The notes below the pieces were generated by a model. It worked only from the letters and a program-made list of their open reading frames with translations. It was not told the origin of the DNA and made no database searches. From a virus (Duplodnaviria > Caudoviricetes): DNA of 64,000 nucleotides. The stretch lies in the IMG/VR virus record IMGVR_UViG_3300031867_000001, positions 64,001 through 128,000 of that record. One strand, written 5' to 3'. Position 1 is the first letter of the stretch, and every line of letters starts with the position of its first letter. The position numbers were made by a program, and so were the translations under genes. Shown one piece after another: positions 59,001-64,000 of this stretch.

Positions 59001-60370
59001 TCAATGATGATCCGGCTTACACTGGATACTATATGAATGATGAATTTGAATTTGATAAGTTCTCTTTGATTCAAGAGTTAAAGGAGATGCGTAGTGTTGT
59101 AAACTTTGCAGAAGATTCAACACCATCATTCGATCAATATAAAGCCCGTGAAGCATTGATCAGTTGGAATGGTCCAAATACAAATCATGTTACATGGTAT
59201 GATATCAATAAGATTGCAGAAAAGCAAGCGATATCCAAGGTTCATTTAACCGAAGATGAAAGATATCAATTAAGAGCCATGAGTAATGCATTTGTTGAAA
59301 ATGGATATATCACCGCTTTGGAAACCATGCGTGATTTGTTATCATTGTCCGATAACATTGATCCATACAAGACATATCGTAAAATGTATATTGGAACATT
59401 AAACAAGTTCGTATTGAATGAAGACTTTATCGAGTTATTTACGTATACGGACAGTAATGTTCAACAGGTATGGGAACACAATGGTGTATATTATACCAAC
59501 AGCTCATTCCGTGATAAATTGATTCCTGTAGAAAATAAATATTACATGGTCAAAGATGATGTAGATGGATACAGAAATCTGAAGTTTGTAATATGGAGTG
59601 AGACATATAAAGACTATGTGGATGTCAGTGACAAAGTTGTGATGTGGACACAAGTATGTGAAATGTTATCAAACTACACAAAGGACTTAGATGCATTATA
59701 TGAATATGCTGGTGTATCATTAGTTGGAGAAGTTGAAATTCAATTAATGCCATTTGTCGAATATTCATTAATGAATTCGGATAAGTTTGAAGACTTTGTT
59801 GCAACATTCACACAAGTTCACAAAGCCATTGAACCAGTCATCTTTAAACGATTGGAAGGTAACAACTATCTTGATTGTAAGTTGTTGGCAACATATGGCA
59901 AACCACATACGTACTGTTCTGACTTGCAGTATCAGTTGTCAAGCAATGCTTTCTGGCCCGATCTGAATATTCAAATCTCGTTTAATGTGAAGCTGTATAA
60001 TAAGGCTTTGACATCGAATACGATCAGTGAGTTAAAGATCATGATCAAAGCATATTTCAATAGATTGACAACTGTTCATACTCCATTGGATTTATTGAGT
60101 ATGAATAACAACATTTATGTTTCTCATTTGATTCAACAGATGGAAGCACATTCCAATGTTGCATATTTGAAGTTCAATGGATGGTATACCAATCAGAAGA
60201 ATGATCCATATGGAAATTATATGGATTCCAATACACAAGCAATCATCCAGAAATGGAAACGTTTGGAAGATATGCCAACTGATGAGTTGACACGTTTTGT
60301 TCCAGAAATGTTTGTATTGGAAGATCGCAATATTGATATTAACGTTTTGGACGATAATACTTTAGCATGA
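56042..60370 (+). CDS. Baseplate wedge protein (T4 gp6-like, jumbo type)
   Basis: ENFITKAVLPESIYAEAA, YTCHGKSANF, SMGGTD..EHVRRK; start MADVIL with SD AAGGAG. Confidence 0.7.
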   Translation: MADVILNNYSDDSKIKRYIQQELMPRVFHDIPLNALNTGAFSIINEYISQATEQMAFTSSFYFNENFITKAVLPESIYAEAAIFNIGYAFATPSSTNILLELKLSDLFAITQNSENKNEKTGLYEFILDKNTLINMKDGQTYSLDYDISFQYMSPETASDTRNGSWIVQYLNDEPNSISINKNKFISYRVTDNWLCLFVKASEYTRTTKTVINNMTNGVPNADTVINCNDHICGFDVVYVEPSTKYGESDKRIPIRTDHILPIHATVNDKLPYVHYIMDNTQTIRLMWQLQGNRAFIPKSNSRYEITVYTCHGKSANFTEAPDEQPNVVTASNRYKNNANVMKAAFIISGSMGGTDIGTAEHVRRKTIEAYNTANVISTDHDIEEWFKTFYFDHILFPFFFKRRDDPWGRIWSGFLALTDSNNEVYRTNTLHGHVTYEALYSNNNNNVSSNEIIIPPGWVWTYGKDSTNLYKVYPYTKNGLRVVETAKTLTSVDAKFVFANPFGVRIQKQPFAIGYFNPWINESLTTSRVPSNNTYIEDVSQIYHATPLTVNIKRTYRDDKYHISFWLDISQLSMNDGSKWIQNMRSIAVSPIINEALLSYFKMPSDLYANQIPMLALQADEQWVPFNPRETYVCVRERNLRDDGTWNLSDIWIQDNSISGEPKRISIDIMNNNGIYGKENIWNNMDILEPVYATGDVTISCDGLPSDDVVSFVREGMNDYYIMQIKKDLKIADTNGTLRPARINRIKYTVSSQNKTERTKYGEESLYQIGGTSENVALNVRYEYIFIDVANSEVGVIQRNYVVVNAANVYIPYPDDGAPEEVDGMWVFTIPVHETTAGVPEETIIVYADMKPSPQSSSIDYYRIPFSAINGQTPFFYVRNKTLDLSKNNLRVVLHAYMNGGETGYVEMYPVKRDEDGTYLFETDLCPTNELVDVDNRIHIASVDYNGGSWKPTTEGSVVNIDASDPKLRISVLFKSKTNPDAPSVINDDPAYTGYYMNDEFEFDKFSLIQELKEMRSVVNFAEDSTPSFDQYKAREALISWNGPNTNHVTWYDINKIAEKQAISKVHLTEDERYQLRAMSNAFVENGYITALETMRDLLSLSDNIDPYKTYRKMYIGTLNKFVLNEDFIELFTYTDSNVQQVWEHNGVYYTNSSFRDKLIPVENKYYMVKDDVDGYRNLKFVIWSETYKDYVDVSDKVVMWTQVCEMLSNYTKDLDALYEYAGVSLVGEVEIQLMPFVEYSLMNSDKFEDFVATFTQVHKAIEPVIFKRLEGNNYLDCKLLATYGKPHTYCSDLQYQLSSNAFWPDLNIQISFNVKLYNKALTSNTISELKIMIKAYFNRLTTVHTPLDLLSMNNNIYVSHLIQQMEAHSNVAYLKFNGWYTNQKNDPYGNYMDSNTQAIIQKWKRLEDMPTDELTRFVPEMFVLEDRNIDINVLDDNTLA

Positions 60371-60377
60371 TGATATG

Positions 60378-60401
60378 ATCCCCGCCCATATGGGCGGGGA
60401 T
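60378..60401. terminator. Palindrome between convergent genes
   Basis: ATCCCCGCCCATATGGGCGGGGAT. Confidence 0.65.
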
Positions 60402-60412
60402 TCATTATCACA

Positions 60413-63400
60413 TTATCCTCGTGCTAAACGAGTAACTTGTTCTGGTATTGCATTAACCGATTCATCAACTGGCTTTTGTGGTGTTACGATTGTTCCTTCT
60501 GGATTGGATTTCATTGAATCGAGCTTCTTGGAAATGTCTTCAAGCAATTGCTCAACCTTTTCTGCTCGAACATTGAATGTGATCTTCTCCAGATCTTCAA
60601 TCGTATACGCCTTATCATTGTTCTGACCAGCGACAATGTATTGGTTCACAATTTGAGATTGTGGTTCACTGTCATAGTTATCGTAGAACTGTTGAATTGC
60701 TCCTTCATTGATTGGTGGAATATCACCACTACCAAGCACTCTCGCAGCCCATTCCGTTACTGAGCTTGCTTGTCCATCACTCCAACCATAGTTCGATTGT
60801 GCATACGATGTTGAAGTATTCGATTGTTTATTGCTCTTGGGTTTTGAACTCGGTTGTGTGTTTGTTTGTTTTACGCCACCAAATTTAGAAGCATACCACA
60901 TTGAGAATTCTTGACTGTTGTAACCGCCATTGTACTCGGTTCTGTAATAATCTGCCATACGTTGATTTGTAAGATAAGCGTCCCACCAACCAGTCGGATT
61001 CTTACCATAACGAGTTTTAGCGGACCATTCAGAAGCATGTGAATCAAAGAACTTTCTCCACTGTGCTTTCTGTCTGGAATCAACTGCAGAATCATATGCG
61101 GTGTAATAATTCTCATCGGTTGTACCAGGAACAATTGTCGACGATTCTTCTTCCTCACTCGTATCATCAAATGAAGACGAACCACTGTAGGATGATGTTG
61201 ATGTTTGTGCATATGCACCAGCACTATTTGCCATTTGTCTTGCAAACAGACCCATCAATGTTTCTGCATCACCAGTAACAAATGATTGTTTACCATAGTT
61301 ACCCTTGAGATAGTTCTTGAGTTTATGACCAGATGTTGTATCACCAACTTCAATTGCACCCATCAACGAATTACCGATGCTTCCAATACCAGCAGCAATT
61401 TCGTCCATGACTTCTTCTGCAGTACCCTTGATGATTTGAACACTCTTCTTCTTACCGTTATACAGAACTTGGAATTCTTGTCCAGCTGTATCGAATACAG
61501 AACCCAAGAATCCAGTTCCACCTTCAAACAGTGAAGAACCCATGTCTTGAAGTGTCTGTGCAACTCCATCTTCACCAATTTCAGATGCTTCTTTAATTGC
61601 ACCACCAACACCTTCAGAAATAGAATTCAAACCTTCCTTAGCACCATCCAACCAGGTAGAGATAACATCACCAATTGTGGTTGCATTATTCTTTAACAAA
61701 TCATACAATCCAGCTCCAATTGTTCCGTTAACACCAACCGTTGTATCGATTGCTGTGGTTACAGCATTCTTTGTTGCATCACTAAGAATGATTTTCGTTC
61801 CTGTCTTAAGCAGATTGGATATCATTCCACTCAATGGGTTGTGACCAGTTAATGTTCCTACAACTGTATCAATTGCCTTACCGCCCAATTTAGAATCGAC
61901 AAAGTCTGTAACTCCATGTCTTGCTGTATCTGCAACTGCTTCAACTGTATCTGCGATTGCAGAACCCTTATTCATCAAACCAACTGCAATTGTTCCAACA
62001 CCTGGAGCAAGCTGATTTAATGCGGCTTCGAATGCTGCTTCCAATACAGGAGATGCAGTAAGATCCAATTTAGCAGAATCCAACAACGAACGAACACGTG
62101 GACCAATTTGTCCAGCAGTAGATCCACCACCATATGATGAACCACCACCAACAGCAAGTCCATTCTGCACCATCCAGTTGTATACATCTGCTGCAGTACC
62201 GACGTATTTGCCAAGACCCTTAGGCGTTTGCCATCCTTCAGGTACAAGTGCACCACCAACATAGTGAACACTACCTTCAATGAGATCCCGATCAATGATT
62301 GGTCCAATTGGATCACCAACATTACCAGTGGCTTCATGTCCAGCCAATGTCTTAAGCGCATTTGCATAACCAGACAGGTTATTACTGATACGACCTCTAC
62401 TACGAGAAGGTTCTTGACTGAAGTATGCTTGTGAGATATAGTTAAGCTGTTCCGACAATGTAGAACCGTATTCAGTGGATTCAGTTCCACCAGACTTCGG
62501 AATCCAGTTCATAATACCAACGGCACGTTGACCATTATGATCAGTGGTTACCTTAGTAAGACTCTTTTGACCAGTCAGCTTCTTAGCATTATCCTCCCAG
62601 ATACCAGTTGCCATAATCAATGCTTGTTGAGCAGGACTCATGCCAGCTTGCTGTGCTGCAGTAAAGTATTCACGAATTCCTTCCTTGTCCTTATACTTAT
62701 CCCACGTTCCGTTGTAGTATGGTGAAAGTGTTGACATGTCAATTGCACCTTGTGCTGCACCAGAAGAAACAGCTCCACCAGTAGTCGTACCAGTAGTCGT
62801 ACCAGTAGTCGTACCAGTAGACGATGCATTTGTAATGTCATATGATGAAGTACCAGCTCCACCAGCACCAACATAACGGATTGCACGAGTGTAATAGCCA
62901 TGACCGTTAATCTCACCCTTGTTGTTCTTGGTGGCTGTAAATGCATCTGTGCCATTATTGAGCATTTCATTAACAGCAGCAAGTGCACGAGCCATACCAC
63001 CTTCCCAACCATAGGAGAAGCCATAGACCTTATTGTTTTCAACACCAGATACAATCTCACCATGGTGGTTTCCACCTTTATAGATGATTGCAATATCACC
63101 ACCTTGGAGTGATGAAAGTTCTGGATTATCAATAAATTGCCAATCCGGTGAGATATTACCAGATGCGTCTTTAATTCCCTTAGCGGAATTAAACGAAGCA
63201 GAGTTCATACCTTCAGAGTTGTAACCCATTGCATCAATGACAGAATCACACAGTCCCGTACAGTCAGGACGTTCACTGAATGTCTGACCATTGATTGTGA
63301 GCTGATGTGTTTTACCGCTTTGATTGTAATCTCCATCCTTACCAACAACTCCGACCGCTTCATATGCTTTAACAACTGTCGGGACGGTTCCAAGTACGGT

Positions 63401-63994
63401 TCCACCATTTCCACGGTAAGAACCACCGCCTCCCCATCCACCAGCAGATTCAGCAGTATCCATTTGAAGTGCATGTAACAGATTGGATGCAAGATTAATA
63501 GCACCGCCAATGAATGTACCAGTTGTTGGATCATATGTACCATACAACTGAGCAGCATTCTCAGCAATTCTATCACCAGTCTCAGCAGCAGATTCCATAT
63601 CAAGATCAAGAACTTTATACTTACCAACATCAACGATGTATTCGAGTTTGTGTTTGTTCCATCTTTCCAGATATTCAGATGGAGATTGGTTACCTTGAGG
63701 ATTCTTGGCACTCCACTGTTTGAATGCTTCACGTTCAACTTCACGAAGTTCAGTGGTGGTAAGACGTTTCTTGATTTCCTTATACGTAGATTCAAGTTCT
63801 GCCTTCTTCGAAATGGATTCCGCATCATCATCATCGAAATTGAATATGTCAAGGAGTCCACCAGCGGTTTCTCTCAACTCATCGAACAGATCTGACAATC
63901 TATCATCGAATGGTGAATCACCGGATCCATACAGACCCATCAATGCACCAGATGCAATATCATTTGCAGAACGTCTTTCGATTCTTCCAGTCAA
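60413..63994 (-). CDS. C-terminal part of a tail (tape-measure-like) protein with peptidoglycan hydrolase domains; 5' end outside window
   Basis: NlpC/P60-like RPDCTGLC...GDIAII..HHGEIV; lysozyme-like GIWEDN..AVGIMNW..QLNYI; G/A-rich helical region. Confidence 0.7.
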   Translation of the reverse strand: MTGRIERRSANDIASGALMGLYGSGDSPFDDRLSDLFDELRETAGGLLDIFNFDDDDAESISKKAELESTYKEIKKRLTTTELREVEREAFKQWSAKNPQGNQSPSEYLERWNKHKLEYIVDVGKYKVLDLDMESAAETGDRIAENAAQLYGTYDPTTGTFIGGAINLASNLLHALQMDTAESAGGWGGGGSYRGNGGTVLGTVPTVVKAYEAVGVVGKDGDYNQSGKTHQLTINGQTFSERPDCTGLCDSVIDAMGYNSEGMNSASFNSAKGIKDASGNISPDWQFIDNPELSSLQGGDIAIIYKGGNHHGEIVSGVENNKVYGFSYGWEGGMARALAAVNEMLNNGTDAFTATKNNKGEINGHGYYTRAIRYVGAGGAGTSSYDITNASSTGTTTGTTTGTTTGGAVSSGAAQGAIDMSTLSPYYNGTWDKYKDKEGIREYFTAAQQAGMSPAQQALIMATGIWEDNAKKLTGQKSLTKVTTDHNGQRAVGIMNWIPKSGGTESTEYGSTLSEQLNYISQAYFSQEPSRSRGRISNNLSGYANALKTLAGHEATGNVGDPIGPIIDRDLIEGSVHYVGGALVPEGWQTPKGLGKYVGTAADVYNWMVQNGLAVGGGSSYGGGSTAGQIGPRVRSLLDSAKLDLTASPVLEAAFEAALNQLAPGVGTIAVGLMNKGSAIADTVEAVADTARHGVTDFVDSKLGGKAIDTVVGTLTGHNPLSGMISNLLKTGTKIILSDATKNAVTTAIDTTVGVNGTIGAGLYDLLKNNATTIGDVISTWLDGAKEGLNSISEGVGGAIKEASEIGEDGVAQTLQDMGSSLFEGGTGFLGSVFDTAGQEFQVLYNGKKKSVQIIKGTAEEVMDEIAAGIGSIGNSLMGAIEVGDTTSGHKLKNYLKGNYGKQSFVTGDAETLMGLFARQMANSAGAYAQTSTSSYSGSSSFDDTSEEEESSTIVPGTTDENYYTAYDSAVDSRQKAQWRKFFDSHASEWSAKTRYGKNPTGWWDAYLTNQRMADYYRTEYNGGYNSQEFSMWYASKFGGVKQTNTQPSSKPKSNKQSNTSTSYAQSNYGWSDGQASSVTEWAARVLGSGDIPPINEGAIQQFYDNYDSEPQSQIVNQYIVAGQNNDKAYTIEDLEKITFNVRAEKVEQLLEDISKKLDSMKSNPEGTIVTPQKPVDESVNAIPEQVTRLARG
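62779..62820. repeat. 12-nt coding tandem repeat (GTTT linker)
   Basis: (CAGTAGTCGTAC)x3 encoding GTTTGTTTGTTT. Confidence 0.8.
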
Positions 63995-64000
63995 TGGATT

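Noticed and set aside
1-64000. CRISPR array, tRNA genes, introns/inteins, stop-codon recoding
   Set aside because: No regularly spaced repeats, cloverleafs or interrupted core genes seen by eye; long ORFs are intact in the standard code.

Overview
AT-rich 64 kb segment of a jumbo phage of the phiKZ/AR9-like type (own split multisubunit RNA polymerase). The host is probably a Firmicute, given strong AGGAGG Shine-Dalgarno sites; the standard genetic code is used. Recognisable genes: RNAP beta' subunit (NADFDGD) and large beta subunit, split family-B DNA polymerase, RecA/UvsX, ThyX, NAD+-dependent DNA ligase, SbcD-like nuclease, a second metallophosphoesterase, RusA, an ABC exporter, a sigma-region-4/alpha-CTD fusion, and many head, tail and baseplate proteins including a tail peptidoglycan hydrolase. 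The most striking unannotated signal is a dispersed family of four ~200-250 nt intergenic elements (2635-2889 +, 3478-3690 +, 12716-12917 -, 32749-32947 -). Each is closed by a long 5'/3' stem and has a conserved hairpin, an SD, and a 16-20 aa micro-ORF (consensus E[VI]Y[IV]PDTxGx(1-2)IIC[EG]*) whose stop codon sits in a hairpin loop. Stems covary and codons vary synonymously between copies. A possible fifth, divergent structured RNA lies at 24861-25155. All calls are from reading motifs by eye; no database searches were run.
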